Positions 1 to 12,142 of a stretch of 64,000 bases of DNA are shown piece after piece. This DNA is from Escherichia coli (GTDB taxonomy: Bacteria > Pseudomonadota > Gammaproteobacteria > Enterobacterales > Enterobacteriaceae). Within the stretch, counting starts at the first letter, position 1. The number at the start of each line of letters is the position of its first letter. The notes beneath the pieces are model-generated. The model saw only the letters and a list, made by a program, of their open reading frames with translations, searched no databases and had not been told where the DNA came from. Position numbers and translations under genes: made by a program. The stretch lies in the NCBI RefSeq assembly GCF_003334405.1, contig NZ_QOWM01000007.1; one strand, written 5' to 3'.

Positions 1-62
1 TTTTTCGTCTTGCGACGTTAAGAATCCGTATCTTCGAGTGCCCACACAGATTGTCTGATAAA

Positions 63-75
63 TTGTTAAAGAGCA
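63..75 (-). promoter_or_regulatory. rrn leader boxA antiterminator element (rrnC leader; 16S gene lies beyond window start)
   Basis: minus-strand reads TGCTCTTTAACAA, the rrn boxA consensus, downstream of rrn P2. Confidence 0.8.
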
Positions 76-104
76 GTGCCGCTTCGCTTTTTCTCAGCGG
101 CGCG

Positions 105-142
105 GGGTGTGCATAATACGCTTTCCCGCTACAGAGTCAAGC
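105..142 (-). promoter_or_regulatory. rRNA operon promoter P2
   Basis: minus-strand -35 TTGACT (135-140) and -10 TATTAT (113-118), 16-nt spacer; matches rrn P2 sequence. Confidence 0.8.
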
Positions 143-225
143 ATTTATTTTTGCTTTCTCTGCCGGAGTTCTCAGGAGAACCCCGCTGACCCGGCGGCGT
201 GTTTGCCGTTGTTCCGTGTCAGTGG

Positions 226-285
226 TGGCGCATTATAGGGAGTTATTCCGGCCTGACAAGAGGAAATTTAAAATAATTTTCTGAC
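226..285 (-). promoter_or_regulatory. rRNA operon promoter P1 with A/T-rich UP element
   Basis: minus-strand -35 TTGTCA (254-259), -10 TATAAT (232-237), 16-nt spacer, UP element AGAAAATTATTTTAAATTTCCT immediately upstream (262-285). Confidence 0.85.
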
Positions 286-411
286 CGCGCATTTTTTCAG
301 CAAAAGCCCCGTTAATGTGCCATAAAACAAGCAATTTGCCGTTTTTGCAACCGTAATCACACTTCCTGGTGGCATACTAAGGAGGAATAAAAAGAAAAAG
401 GAAGATAAGTA

Positions 412-1104
412 ATGCCTTTAAGCGCACAACAGTTAGCTGCACAGAAAAACCTTTCGTATGTTCTGGCTGAGAAGCTGGCGCAACGGATCTTAAAAGGTGA
501 ATATGAACCCGGCACCATTTTGCCCGGTGAGATTGAGCTGGGCGAGCAATTTGGAGTGAGTCGTACAGCGGTACGCGAAGCGGTCAAAACGTTAACGGCA
601 AAAGGGATGGTTTTACCGCGACCGCGAATTGGTACTCGGGTCATGCCACAATCGAACTGGAATTTTCTTGATCAGGAATTGCTTACCTGGTGGATGACAG
701 AAGAGAACTTTCATCAGGTCATCGATCACTTTCTGGTTATGCGTATCTGTCTGGAGCCGCAAGCCTGCCTACTGGCAGCAACGGTTGGCACCGCGGAACA
801 GAAAGCGCATCTCAATACGTTAATGGCCGAAATGGCGGCATTAAAAGAGAACTTTCGCCGTGAACGCTGGATCGAAGTCGATATGGCCTGGCATGAGCAT
901 ATCTATGAAATGAGCGCCAATCCGTTTTTGACCTCATTCGCCTCGCTATTCCATTCGGTTTATCACACTTACTTCACGTCAATTACCAGCGACACAGTGA
1001 TAAAGCTGGATCTGCATCAGGCGATTGTCGATGCGATTATCCAAAGCGATGGCGACGCGGCATTTAAAGCTTGTCAGGCGCTGCTACGCTCACCTGATAA
1101 GTGA
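412..1104 (+). CDS. yieP: GntR/FadR-family transcriptional regulator YieP
   Basis: 230-aa ORF; N-terminal wHTH (VSRTAVREAVKTL); position next to hsrA and rrnC as in K-12. Confidence 0.9.
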   Translation: MPLSAQQLAAQKNLSYVLAEKLAQRILKGEYEPGTILPGEIELGEQFGVSRTAVREAVKTLTAKGMVLPRPRIGTRVMPQSNWNFLDQELLTWWMTEENFHQVIDHFLVMRICLEPQACLLAATVGTAEQKAHLNTLMAEMAALKENFRRERWIEVDMAWHEHIYEMSANPFLTSFASLFHSVYHTYFTSITSDTVIKLDLHQAIVDAIIQSDGDAAFKACQALLRSPDK

Positions 1105-1126
1105 TAACCCGATAACAGGACATTGA

Positions 1127-2554
1127 ATGAGCGATAAAAAGAAGCGCAGTATGGCGGGTTTGCCGTGGATCGCGGCGATGGCCTTCTTCATGCAGGCACT
1201 TGATGCCACTATTCTTAATACCGCCTTACCCGCAATCGCTCATAGCCTTAATCGTTCTCCTCTCGCGATGCAATCAGCCATCATCAGTTATACGCTGACG
1301 GTGGCGATGCTTATTCCGGTAAGCGGATGGCTAGCCGATCGCTTCGGTACGCGTCGCATTTTTACCCTTGCCGTGAGTCTGTTCACATTGGGTTCTCTGG
1401 CCTGCGCACTTTCTAATTCGCTACCACAGCTGGTTGTCTTCCGGGTTATTCAGGGGATAGGCGGCGCAATGATGATGCCTGTTGCTCGGCTGGCCTTACT
1501 GCGCGCTTATCCTCGTAATGAACTTCTTCCAGTATTGAATTTTGTCGCCATGCCGGGTCTGGTGGGGCCAATTTTAGGCCCCGTTCTTGGCGGCGTGCTG
1601 GTCACCTGGGCAACCTGGCACTGGATATTTTTAATCAATATCCCCATAGGTATTGCGGGCCTTCTTTACGCGCGCAAACATATGCCCAATTTCACCACCG
1701 CACGACGCAGATTCGATATCACTGGCTTTTTGCTGTTTGGCCTCAGCCTTGTTCTCTTCTCAAGCGGAATAGAGCTATTCGGGGAAAAGATTGTCGCCAG
1801 CTGGATTGCCTTGACGGTAATTGTCACCAGCATCGGGTTACTGCTTCTCTATATTCTCCATGCACGACGCACGCCAAACCCATTAATTTCATTAGATTTA
1901 TTTAAAACCCGCACTTTCTCGATCGGTATCGTAGGCAATATTGCAACCCGTCTGGGGACCGGCTGTGTACCGTTCCTTATGCCATTGATGTTACAGGTAG
2001 GATTTGGTTATCAGGCGTTTATTGCTGGCTGTATGATGGCACCGACAGCGTTAGGTTCCATTATTGCAAAATCGATGGTTACCCAAGTCTTACGTCGTCT
2101 GGGCTATCGCCATACGTTAGTGGGGATCACGGTGATTATTGGGCTAATGATCGCTCAGTTCTCTTTGCAATCACCAGCAATGGCTATATGGATGCTGATC
2201 TTGCCGTTGTTTATATTAGGGATGGCTATGTCGACGCAGTTTACCGCGATGAATACCATCACACTTGCCGATCTGACCGATGACAATGCCAGCAGCGGTA
2301 ACAGTGTTCTGGCGGTCACGCAGCAACTGTCGATTAGTTTAGGCGTTGCTGTAAGTGCGGCCGTCCTTCGCGTTTATGAAGGAATGGAAGGCACAACGAC
2401 TGTCGAACAATTCCACTATACGTTTATCACAATGGGCATTATTACTGTTGCTTCAGCAGCAATGTTCATGCTTCTGAAAACAACCGATGGTAATAATTTG
2501 ATCAAAAGACAGCGTAAATCTAAGCCGAACCGCGTTCCATCAGAATCGGAGTAA
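1127..2554 (+). CDS. hsrA: MFS (DHA2-type) efflux transporter
   Basis: 475-aa ORF, multi-TM hydrophobic profile, MFS motifs; synteny. Confidence 0.9.
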
Positions 2555-3512
2555 GTTGTAATCGTTGTTGCTGAAGGGTCGGCTGGGTTATCCGATGGAT
2601 GAGTACATCAATCGCCAGCTCCCCCAGTTCATCTTTCGGTTGGTGGATAGTGGTTAATGGTGGCGTCATAAAGCTTGCCAGTTCGATATCGTCATAGCCA
2701 ATCACCGCGATATCCTGCGGAACCTGTAACTCTGCCTGATATAACGCCTGGTAAACGCCAACAGCCATAGCGTCATTTCCGGTAAAGACGGCCTGAGGAC
2801 GCAGCGGATGTGATAGCAGTTGGCGCATAGCGTCAAACCCGCCGTTAAATTCAAAATCACCAGTGACTTCATAGCCATCAGGAATGTTGAGACCCGCACG
2901 TTTCATCGCCGCCCGATAACCTTCCAACCGCAGGCGCGCCGGAGTTTTATCCAGCGGGCCGGTAATACAGGCGATACGGGTATGACCTTTATCGATCAGA
3001 TATTGCGTTGCTAAGTCTCCGCCCAGCAACGAGTTATCCTGAATAAGATCGCTGTCGCCATCGAACGGAGCCCAGTCCATCATCACAGTAGGCACTGTCG
3101 GATAACGTTGCATGATTTCACGCGAAGGTTGATGCGTTTCGGTGCACAGTAACAGCAAGCCATCAACGCGTTTTTGCATCAGCGTTTCCAGATTGCGATT
3201 CATCCGCTGTTCATCGCCTTCGGTATTGCAAAGGACGAGACTATAACCGCGTTCGAAGCAGCTGCGTTCAACGCCACGCACCAGTTCTGAATAGAAAGGA
3301 TTGGTACTGGCAGTGATCAACATGCCAATGGTATGTGTTTGATTGAGTTTGAGGCTACGCGCCAGAGCTGATGGCGCGTAATTGAGTTCTTTAATCGCCG
3401 CTTCAACTTTGGCGGTAATCGCTTCACTGACGAAGCGATCTTTATTGATAACGTGAGAAACTGTTGAGGTAGAAACGCCCGCCAGGCGGGCAACATCTTT
3501 CATTGTAGCCAA
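2520..3512 (-). CDS. rbsR: ribose operon repressor, LacI family
   Basis: 330-aa ORF; N-terminal LacI-type HTH ([24 protein letters not shown]); last gene of rbs cluster. Confidence 0.95.
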
Positions 3513-3515
3513 GCG

Positions 3516-4445
3516 TCACCTCTGCCTGTCTAAAAATGCGTCGATCTCTTCACGCCACGGTACGGAAGGTTGTGCGCCTTTACGTGTTACGGCAATCGCA
3601 GCGGCAGCATGGGCAAAACGAATCGCCTCTGGCAATGGTTTTTCTTCCAGCAATGCCGTGATTAACGCACCGTTAAAGGTATCTCCGGCAGCAATGGTAT
3701 CGACAGCCTGCACCCGGAATCCAGGAACGCGCTGACCTTCACCATTCACGCTAGCCCATACACCACGACTTCCTAAAGTAATCAGTACAGTACGGATACC
3801 TTTTTCATGCAGTACCTGCGCCGCCTTCGCTGCATCTTCATCATTTTCAACACGAATACCGGTGAGCTTTTCTGCTTCCGTTTCGTTTGGCGTAATAATG
3901 TCCACCAGCGCCAGCAGTTCGTCAGGAAGTTCGCGAGCCGGAGCCGGGTTAAGCGCAACGATAGTCTTATTTTGATGGGCGATTTTCGCCGCTGCCATCA
4001 CACTTTCGAGTGGTGATTCCAGCTGCATTAATAATGCTGACGCGTTGGCAATACGCTCACGTTGCGCTTCCACCAGCGCCGGGGAAAGGGCAGCATTAGC
4101 GCCGGCATGAATACCGATGACATTCTCACCTTCGCCATTAACAAAAATCAGCGCCACACCTGTTGATTCGCCTTTGATCACGCTGACCGGAGTAATATCA
4201 ATGTTATCAGTGGCGAGCTGCTGGCGAACGCTCTCACCAATGCTGTCATCACCCGTACAGGCAATAAACGCGATATTCGCACCGCTACGCCCAGCAGCCA
4301 CAGCCTGATTCGCGCCTTTGCCGCCAAATGCAACCTGATAGTGGTTACCGGTTACGGTTTCGCCTGGAGTAGGAAAAGATTGAAGATTAAGAATGTGGTC
4401 AGCATTAATGCTGCCAAGAACAACGAGGCTGCCTGCGTTTTGCAT
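3516..4445 (-). CDS. rbsK: ribokinase
   Basis: PfkB-family motifs (GGKGANQA, DTIAAGDTFNGAL); start taken at MQNAGSLVV (309 aa) rather than the longer ORF-track start. Confidence 0.93.
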   Translation of the reverse strand: MQNAGSLVVLGSINADHILNLQSFPTPGETVTGNHYQVAFGGKGANQAVAAGRSGANIAFIACTGDDSIGESVRQQLATDNIDITPVSVIKGESTGVALIFVNGEGENVIGIHAGANAALSPALVEAQRERIANASALLMQLESPLESVMAAAKIAHQNKTIVALNPAPARELPDELLALVDIITPNETEAEKLTGIRVENDEDAAKAAQVLHEKGIRTVLITLGSRGVWASVNGEGQRVPGFRVQAVDTIAAGDTFNGALITALLEEKPLPEAIRFAHAAAAIAVTRKGAQPSVPWREEIDAFLDRQR

Positions 4446-4570
4446 ATTCGGGATGTCCATAAAATGCGCCACCGTGTTAGGGTGGCGCGTGCCCTGCTTT
4501 TCTTTATATTACACGTTCATCTGTCGATGACGTATTTATGTCACCATCAGGTCATACAACCTGATTAAAA

Positions 4571-5461
4571 CTACTGCTTAACAACCAGTTTCAGATCAAC
4601 CGGATACTTAGCCTGAACTTTCTCGCCTTTCAGCACTTTATCTGCGGTTTCGACGCCTTTCGCGCCAATCTGATCGGGTAGCTGAGCGATAGTCGCTGCT
4701 AGTTTGCCATCATTCACCGCTTTTTCGCCATCCGGTGTACCGTCAAATCCGACGACCATCACATCCGATTTACCGGCAGTTTGCAGTGCGCGCAGCGCGC
4801 CCAGCGCCATTTCATCATTCTGCGCGAATACAGCCTGAACATCCGGATGAGCGGTCAACAGGTTCTGCATTACGTTCAAACCTTTAGTGCGATCAAAATC
4901 TGCTGGCTGGCTGGCAAGAACATTAAACTTGTGAGCAGCAACGGCCTGCTGGAAGCCTTCGCCACGTTCACGGGCTGCGGATGTACCAGCAATGCCTTGC
5001 AGCTCGATAACTTTGGCACCTTCACCCGCTTTCTTCGCGATGTAATCACCAGCGATTTTGCCGCCCAGTACGTTATCAGAAGCAATGTGGCTCACCACTT
5101 CACCTTTCGTTGCCTGGCGGTCAAGAGTGATAACCGGGATGTTCGCCTGGTTAGCCATCTTCACAGCATTACCCACTGCGTCGGAGTCGGTCGGGTTAAT
5201 CAGCAGAATTTTTGTGCCGCGAACGGTTAAGTCCTGCACGTTCGCCAGCTCTTTCGCCGGGTTGTTCTGGGAGTCCAGCACCACCAGGTTATAGCCAAGT
5301 TTATCCGCCTCTTTCTGCGCGCCATCTTTCAGCGATACAAAGAACGGGTTGTTAAGCGTGGAGACCACCAGCGCGATGGTGTCTTTTGCCATCGCATTCG
5401 CACTGACGGTGGCGCTTAGCGCAACAGCGGAAACCAGGGTAGCCAGTTTTTTCATGTTCAT
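4571..5461 (-). CDS. rbsB: periplasmic D-ribose-binding protein
   Basis: signal peptide [23 protein letters not shown] then periplasmic binding protein fold; 296 aa from the MNMKK start. Confidence 0.93.
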   Translation of the reverse strand: MNMKKLATLVSAVALSATVSANAMAKDTIALVVSTLNNPFFVSLKDGAQKEADKLGYNLVVLDSQNNPAKELANVQDLTVRGTKILLINPTDSDAVGNAVKMANQANIPVITLDRQATKGEVVSHIASDNVLGGKIAGDYIAKKAGEGAKVIELQGIAGTSAARERGEGFQQAVAAHKFNVLASQPADFDRTKGLNVMQNLLTAHPDVQAVFAQNDEMALGALRALQTAGKSDVMVVGFDGTPDGEKAVNDGKLAATIAQLPDQIGAKGVETADKVLKGEKVQAKYPVDLKLVVKQ

Positions 5462-5485
5462 ATTCAAGATGTCCTGTAGTCGTTA

Positions 5486-6451
5486 TTACTGCTTTTTGTT
5501 GTCTACCAGCACCGCCAGCAAAATCACCACCGCTTTGACGATCATCTGGTAATAGGAGGAAACACCTAACAAATTCAATCCATTATTAAGGAAGCCAAGA
5601 ATTAATGCGCCGATCAACGTCCCAACAATGCGACCTTTTCCGCCCGCCAGACTCGTACCGCCCAGAACCACCGCAGCAATAGCATCCAGCTCATAGCCAG
5701 TCCCCGCCGTGGGTTGTGCGGAGGAGAGACGCGCCACTTCAATGATCCCGGCCAGCGATGCCAGCAGACCACAAAGAGAATAGACGATGATTTTGATTTT
5801 ATTGACGTTGATACCAGAAAGACGCGTTGCCGCTTCGTTGCCGCCCAGCGCGTAGATGTAACGCCCCAGACGCGTGTGATGCAGCATGTACCAGGCCGCG
5901 AGGAAGACAATCCCCATGATCCAGACTGGCGTCGGTACGCCCAGCGGACGACCAATACCAAACCAGCCAAACAGATCGGCGTTCTCAGTAAAGCCGGTAT
6001 TCACTGGGCTACCGTTGGTATAAACCATGGTCACGCCGCGCAGTAAAAGCATCATAACCAGCGTAGCGATAAACGCCTGGACGCGACCTTTCGCTACAAT
6101 CACCCCGGTTACCGCACCAATTGCGGCACCTAACGCGAGAGCAGCAGCGACAGCCACCAGCGCATTGACTTCAATGCCGACGATAGATGCAGCAACTGCG
6201 CCGGTCAGCGCCAACAGAGAACCTACCGATAAGTCGATGCCCGACGTCAGGATCACCAGCGTCATCCCGACCGCCATAATGGCGTTCACTGAGGTTTGCT
6301 GGAGAATATTGAATAAGTTATTGATGGTGAAAAAGTTCGGGCTTAACGTCGAGACAATCGCGATCAGCACCAGCAGAGCGATAAGCGATTTCTGCTCCAT
6401 CAGCCACGCTTTCGTGAAATAACGGCGACCAGAGACAGTCTGGGTTGTCAT
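5486..6451 (-). CDS. rbsC: ribose ABC transporter permease
   Basis: 321-aa polytopic membrane ORF; synteny in rbs operon. Confidence 0.95.
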   Translation of the reverse strand: MTTQTVSGRRYFTKAWLMEQKSLIALLVLIAIVSTLSPNFFTINNLFNILQQTSVNAIMAVGMTLVILTSGIDLSVGSLLALTGAVAASIVGIEVNALVAVAAALALGAAIGAVTGVIVAKGRVQAFIATLVMMLLLRGVTMVYTNGSPVNTGFTENADLFGWFGIGRPLGVPTPVWIMGIVFLAAWYMLHHTRLGRYIYALGGNEAATRLSGINVNKIKIIVYSLCGLLASLAGIIEVARLSSAQPTAGTGYELDAIAAVVLGGTSLAGGKGRIVGTLIGALILGFLNNGLNLLGVSSYYQMIVKAVVILLAVLVDNKKQ

Positions 6452-6455
6452 TTTT

Positions 6456-7961
6456 TTACTCCTGATTCACGCGATTAAGCTTGCCCACAGCGGCAGCCAT
6501 TAACACTTCCTGGGTGGCCTGCTCACGAGTAAATTCCCCGCTGAGATGCCCTTCATGCATGACGATGATGCGATCGCTCATGCCTAATACTTCTGGCATC
6601 TCCGATGACACCAGAATGATGCTCAAGCCATCGGCTTTGAACTGGTTAATCAGTTGATAGATCTCTTTTTTCGCGCCGACATCTACGCCACGGGTAGGTT
6701 CATCAAGGATCAACACTTTGGGGCGTGTCATCAGACCGCGGGCAATCGCCACTTTTTGCTGATTGCCACCGGAAAGCAGACCAATTGCCTGTTCCATCGA
6801 CGGAGTTTTCACATTAAACAGACGAATGAAATCACTCACAGCCTGCTGTTCATCGGCATGCTTCAAACTGCCGCCAGCGCGGCTGAAGTAGCGCAGCGCT
6901 GTCAGCGACATGTTCTCTTTTACTGACATGCCCAACACTAAACCGTCACGTTTACGGTCTTCGGAGATATACACAATGCCGTTTGCCAGGCCATCCTGCG
7001 GTGAACGGGTAACGACTTCATGCCCATCCAGGGTGACGTAACCGCTGGTGCGCGGTAGTGCGCCGTAGAGCACTTTCATCAGTTCGGTACGACCTGCGCC
7101 CATCAAACCAGAGACGCCAAGAATTTCGCCTTTGCGTAAAGTAAAAGAGACATCGTTAACGCCAGGTCCGCAGAGATTATCGACTTTCAGGCGGATATCT
7201 CCCGGCGCTTTGTCCAGGTGCGGATATTGATCTTCCAGCTTGCGACCCACCATCATCTCAATCAGCGAATCTTCGGTCAGTGATGCCACTTCGCGCTCAG
7301 CAATAAATTGCCCATCACGAAAAACGGTAACGTCATCGCAAATCTCGAAGATTTCTTTCATGCGGTGGGAGATATAGACAATACCGCGGCCTTGCGATTT
7401 CAGCTCGCGGATGACGCGGAACAGGGATTCGGTTTCGGTATCGGTCAGCGCATCGGTCGGTTCATCCATAATGATGACTTTCGACTCAAAGCTCAGCACT
7501 TTGGCGATTTCAACCATTTGCTGGTCACCGATGGAAAGATCGCCCACCAGCTTGTCGCTTTTAAAGCGCAGGTTAAGTTTAGCCAGCAATTTATCCGCTT
7601 CGGCATACATGGTTTTCCAGTCAATTTTGCCAAAGCGATTAACAAACTCACGACCGAGGAAAATGTTTTCGGCAATGGTCAACTGCGGGATCAGGTTCAG
7701 TTCCTGATGGATAATCCCAATCCCGGCTTCCTGGGAAGATTTTGGCCCGGTAAATGTCGTTTCTTTCCCCAGCCATAAAAGCGTACCGGCATCGCGAGTA
7801 TAGATGCCAGTAAGCACTTTCATCATGGTGGATTTACCCGCGCCGTTTTCGCCCACCAGCGCCATCACGCGGCCCGGATAGACATTTAACGCTGCGCCCG
7901 AGAGGGCTTTTACGCCCGGGAAGGCTTTATCGATGCCTTTAAGCTGAAGTAATGCTTCCAT
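6456..7961 (-). CDS. rbsA: ribose ABC transporter ATPase (duplicated NBD)
   Basis: 501 aa; two Walker A motifs ([18 protein letters not shown]) and ABC signature LSGGNQQK. Confidence 0.95.
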
Positions 7962-7968
7962 GACGGCC

Positions 7969-8388
7969 TCAGAACGTCACGCCAGCACAGAGAATGATAT
8001 TCGCATACGGAGAACATTCTCCGCTGCGAATTACCGCCTGACTTTCTGCGGTTTGTTGTTTGAATTGTTCATGCGTGGTGTAACGAATTTCAATGGTATT
8101 TCCCTGGTGTTTTTGCAGCTGCTCAAGGTGAGTGAGCAACGTTTCGTGGAGTTGCGGATTATGGTGTTTGATCTCTTCCGCGATAATGGCCGCCTCGACC
8201 TGCATTTCATTTGTGACGACGCCCAGCACCTGCATAAAAGAAGGTACACCCTGGGTTAATGCCATATCGATACGCGTTGTACTTTTGGGGATGGGTAAAC
8301 CAGCATCACACACCACCAGCGTATCGGTATGTCCCAGACGGGAGATCACCGATGAAATATCAGAATTAAGAACGGTGCCTTTTTTCAT
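7969..8388 (-). CDS. rbsD: D-ribose pyranase
   Basis: 139 aa from MKKGTVLN with SD GGAG upstream; first gene of rbs operon. Confidence 0.92.
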
Positions 8389-8399
8389 TTTTTTCTCCA

Positions 8400-8419
8400 T
8401 CAGCGAAACGTTTCGCTGA
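8400..8419. promoter_or_regulatory. RbsR operator (perfect 20-bp palindrome) in rbs 5' region
   Basis: TCAGCGAAACGTTTCGCTGA is its own reverse complement; lies 12 nt upstream of rbsD start codon. Confidence 0.8.
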
Positions 8420-8554
8420 CCCACAGTTTAATCCTGACTGAGTTGGGAAAACCATCGTGACGTTACGGAAATGTGATCAACCTCGAAACGTTTTACATGG
8501 TGATTAACCATGAAAACAAAAACGCCCCCTTATGAAGAAAGGAGGCGTCTGGCG

Positions 8555-10423
8555 TTAGATTTCGACCTGAGTACCCAGTTCGATAACCCTGTTTGGCGGG
8601 ATTTCAAATTGATCTGGTGCACGCAGCGCATTACGTTGCAGCAGCAAGTACAGCTTGCCGCGCAGACGCAAATACCACGGGCGTTTGCCGAGGATCAACG
8701 ACTCATGCGACATAAAGAAGGAGGTTTCCATCATCCGGCAACTTAATCCTTCCAGACCGCAGCGGTGGAAAACTTCTTCTACGTTTGGCGTTTCTCGCCA
8801 ACCATAACTTGCCACCACGCGCCAGAAAGTGGGCGACAGTTGTTCAATCTGTACCCGACGGACGTTATGGACATATGGAGCGTCTTCGGTGCGCAGAGTT
8901 AACAGAATCACCCGCTCATGCAATACCTTGTTATGTTTAAGGTTATGCATCAGCGCAAAGGGAATGACGTTGATTGCACGCGACATATACACCGCGGTCC
9001 CGGGCACGCGAACAGGCGGTGATTTCTCCAGCGAAGCAATCATCGCTTCCAGAGAGTTACCATGTTCATGCATCCGCCGCAGCAAGCGGAAACGCTCGCT
9101 CTTCCAGGTGGTCATCACGATAAACATCACAGTACCGAGGCTCAATGGCAACCAGCCGCCGGAGAGCAGTTTATCGAGGTTAGCGGTGAACAATGGAATA
9201 TCGACACAAAGGAAAGCAATCAGGATCAGCGCAACAAAATACTTATTCCAGTGCCAGTTCTGACGTGCCACGGTAGTCGAGAGAATAGACGTCAGCACCA
9301 TGGTTCCGGTCACCGCAATCCCGTACGCCGCCGCCAGGTTGCTGGAGTGCTCAAAGCTGACAATCACAATCACGACCGCGACATAGAGCATCCAGTTCAC
9401 AAACGGAATATAGATTTGCCCTGACTCCATTTCGGAGGTGTGAATAATGCGCATCGGCGACAAATATCCCAGACGTACCGCCTGACGCGTCAATGAGAAG
9501 ACGCCAGAGATAACCGCCTGCGAGGCAATTACCGTCGCCAGTGCGGCGATGATCAGCAGCGGGATCAGCGCCCAGTCCGGTGCCAACAGGAAGAACGGGT
9601 TCTTAATCGCTTCCGGGTTCTTTAACAACAGCGCTCCCTGACCGAAGTAATTAAGGGTCAAGGAAGGTAATACGACGGTGAACCACGCCAGGCGAATAGG
9701 GAACTTACCAAAGTGCCCCATATCAGCATACAGCGCCTCGACCCCCGTAATCGACAACACCACTGCCCCTAATGCAATAAAAGAAACCGTTTTGTATTCA
9801 AGGAAGAAATGCACCGCCCACATTGGATTCAGCGCATGCAGCACTTCCGGGTTAGCAATAATGCTACGTAACCCCAGTCCTGCCAGAATCAAAAACCAGG
9901 TCAGCATGATCGGCGCAAACAGCTTACCGACCATAGCCGTGCCATGTTTTTGAATCATAAATAATAAAGTGAGAACGATAATTGAGAGGGGAACTATCCA
10001 GGTATCCAGCTGCGGGGCGACGATTTCCAGACCTTCAATGGCTGACATCACCGAAATAGCGGGTGTTATGACGACTTCACCATAGAAAAAGCTGCCGCCG
10101 ATTAGCCCCATAATCACCAGCATTGATGTGGTTCGCGCCGACGTATTACGCCCGGCAAGCGACATCAACGTCAGGATCCCCCCCTCACCGGCGTTATCTG
10201 CCCGCATCACGAAGGTGAGATATTTAATGGAAACCACAAAGATTAGCAGCCAGAAGATCAGCGATAAAAAGCCAAACACGGCATCGCGTTCAACGCCAAA
10301 ACCAAACTGGCCGGACAAACATTCACGAAGTGTATATAACGGGCTGGTACCAATATCGCCGTAGACAACTCCAATCGCCGCGAGGGTAATCGCGGGCAAT
10401 GATTGCTTATTATCAGTGCTCAT
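8555..10423 (-). CDS. kup: low-affinity K+ uptake transporter Kup (TrkD)
   Basis: 622-aa ORF, KUP/HAK/KT family; synteny. Confidence 0.95.
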
Positions 10424-10645
10424 AGACTAGTCTTTCGTTGAAATATGAAATGTGTGCTTAGTCCCTTGGCCCACAAAAAAGCGCACAGTATGCACGATTA
10501 ACGGCAAAATCGTACTCCTAAATGCGGCCACATTAACCTGGCTCAAAGAAAAATACCCCCCCTTTGAGACTATTTTAGCCACCAGCAAGAAACGTCTATA
10601 CTCGCAATTTACGCAGAACTTTTGACGAAAGGACGCCACTTCATT

Positions 10646-12142
10646 ATGGCTCACCCTCATTTATTAGCGGAAAGAATTTCCCGCCTGAGCAGTTCGTTGG
10701 AAAAGGGGCTTTATGAACGTAGCCACGCCATCCGCTTGTGTTTATTAGCGGCATTAAGTGGTGAAAGTGTGTTCCTCCTTGGCCCGCCAGGTATTGCCAA
10801 AAGTTTGATCGCCCGGCGCTTAAAATTCGCCTTTCAGAATGCCCGCGCGTTTGAATATCTGATGACCCGCTTCTCCACGCCGGAAGAAGTTTTTGGTCCC
10901 CTTTCTATTCAGGCGCTAAAAGATGAAGGGCGCTATGAACGTTTAACCAGCGGTTACCTGCCGGAAGCAGAAATTGTCTTTCTGGATGAGATCTGGAAAG
11001 CGGGCCCGGCAATTCTTAATACCTTGCTCACCGCCATTAACGAGCGCCAGTTCCGCAACGGTGCACACGTAGAAAAAATCCCGATGCGTCTGCTGGTGGC
11101 GGCCTCCAACGAGCTGCCGGAAGCAGACAGCAGTCTGGAAGCGTTATATGACCGCATGCTGATTCGTCTGTGGTTAGATAAAGTGCAGGATAAAGCGAAT
11201 TTCCGCTCCATGCTGACCAGTCAACAGGATGAAAACGACAATCCGGTTCCTGATGCCTTGCAGGTCACAGATGAAGAATATGAACGCTGGCAGAAAGAGA
11301 TTGGTGAAATTACGCTGCCCGATCATGTATTTGAGCTGATTTTTATGCTGCGCCAGCAACTGGATAAATTACCGGATGCGCCTTATGTCTCGGATCGTCG
11401 CTGGAAAAAAGCAATCCGATTATTGCAGGCCAGCGCCTTTTTTAGCGGTCGCAGTGCTGTTGCCCCGGTAGATCTCATTTTGCTGAAAGATTGCCTGTGG
11501 TATGACGCGCAAAGCCTGAATTTGATACAACAACAAATTGATGTATTGATGACCGGTCACGCCTGGCAACAGCAAGGGATGTTGACTCGCCTTGGCGCGA
11601 TTGTGCAACGTCACCTGCAACTCCAGCAGCAACAAAGCGATAAAACAGCCTTAACGGTAATTCGTCTGGGCGGCATTTTCAGCCGTCGTCAGCAGTATCA
11701 ACTTCCTGTTAACGTTACTGCTTCCACTCTGACTCTACTGCTGCAAAAACCGTTAAAACTGCATGATATGGAAGTGGTTCATATCTCCTTTGAGCGTAGC
11801 GCGCTGGAACAGTGGCTGAGCAAAGGTGGTGAAATTCGCGGTAAACTGAACGGTATCGGCTTTGCCCAGAAACTGAATCTGGAAGTTGATAGCGCCCAAC
11901 ATCTTGTCGTTCGCGATGTAAGTTTACAAGGCAGTACGCTGGCACTTCCCGGTTCATCGGCTGAAGGTCTGCCTGGTGAAATAAAACAACAACTGGAAGA
12001 GCTTGAAAGCGACTGGCGCAAGCAACACGCTTTATTCAGCGAACAGCAAAAATGTCTGTTTATCCCTGGCGACTGGTTAGGTCGCATTGAAGCCAGCCTA
12101 CAGGATGTCGGTGCACAGATTCGCCAGGCACAACAATGCTAA
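10646..12142 (+). CDS. ravA: MoxR-class AAA+ ATPase RavA
   Basis: Walker A GPPGIAKS; 498 aa from MAHPHLL; overlaps viaA start. Confidence 0.93.
   Translation: MAHPHLLAERISRLSSSLEKGLYERSHAIRLCLLAALSGESVFLLGPPGIAKSLIARRLKFAFQNARAFEYLMTRFSTPEEVFGPLSIQALKDEGRYERLTSGYLPEAEIVFLDEIWKAGPAILNTLLTAINERQFRNGAHVEKIPMRLLVAASNELPEADSSLEALYDRMLIRLWLDKVQDKANFRSMLTSQQDENDNPVPDALQVTDEEYERWQKEIGEITLPDHVFELIFMLRQQLDKLPDAPYVSDRRWKKAIRLLQASAFFSGRSAVAPVDLILLKDCLWYDAQSLNLIQQQIDVLMTGHAWQQQGMLTRLGAIVQRHLQLQQQQSDKTALTVIRLGGIFSRRQQYQLPVNVTASTLTLLLQKPLKLHDMEVVHISFERSALEQWLSKGGEIRGKLNGIGFAQKLNLEVDSAQHLVVRDVSLQGSTLALPGSSAEGLPGEIKQQLEELESDWRKQHALFSEQQKCLFIPGDWLGRIEASLQDVGAQIRQAQQC

Noticed and set aside
3516-4472. Longer N-terminal extensions in the ORF track for rbsK, rbsB, rbsD, ravA, atpI, phoU, bglG, bglF, yieL, yidZ, tnaA and dnaA
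   Set aside because: The extensions start at alternative codons (GTG/TTG) or upstream ATGs without an SD. Internal starts give the known protein lengths and are preceded by SD sequences.
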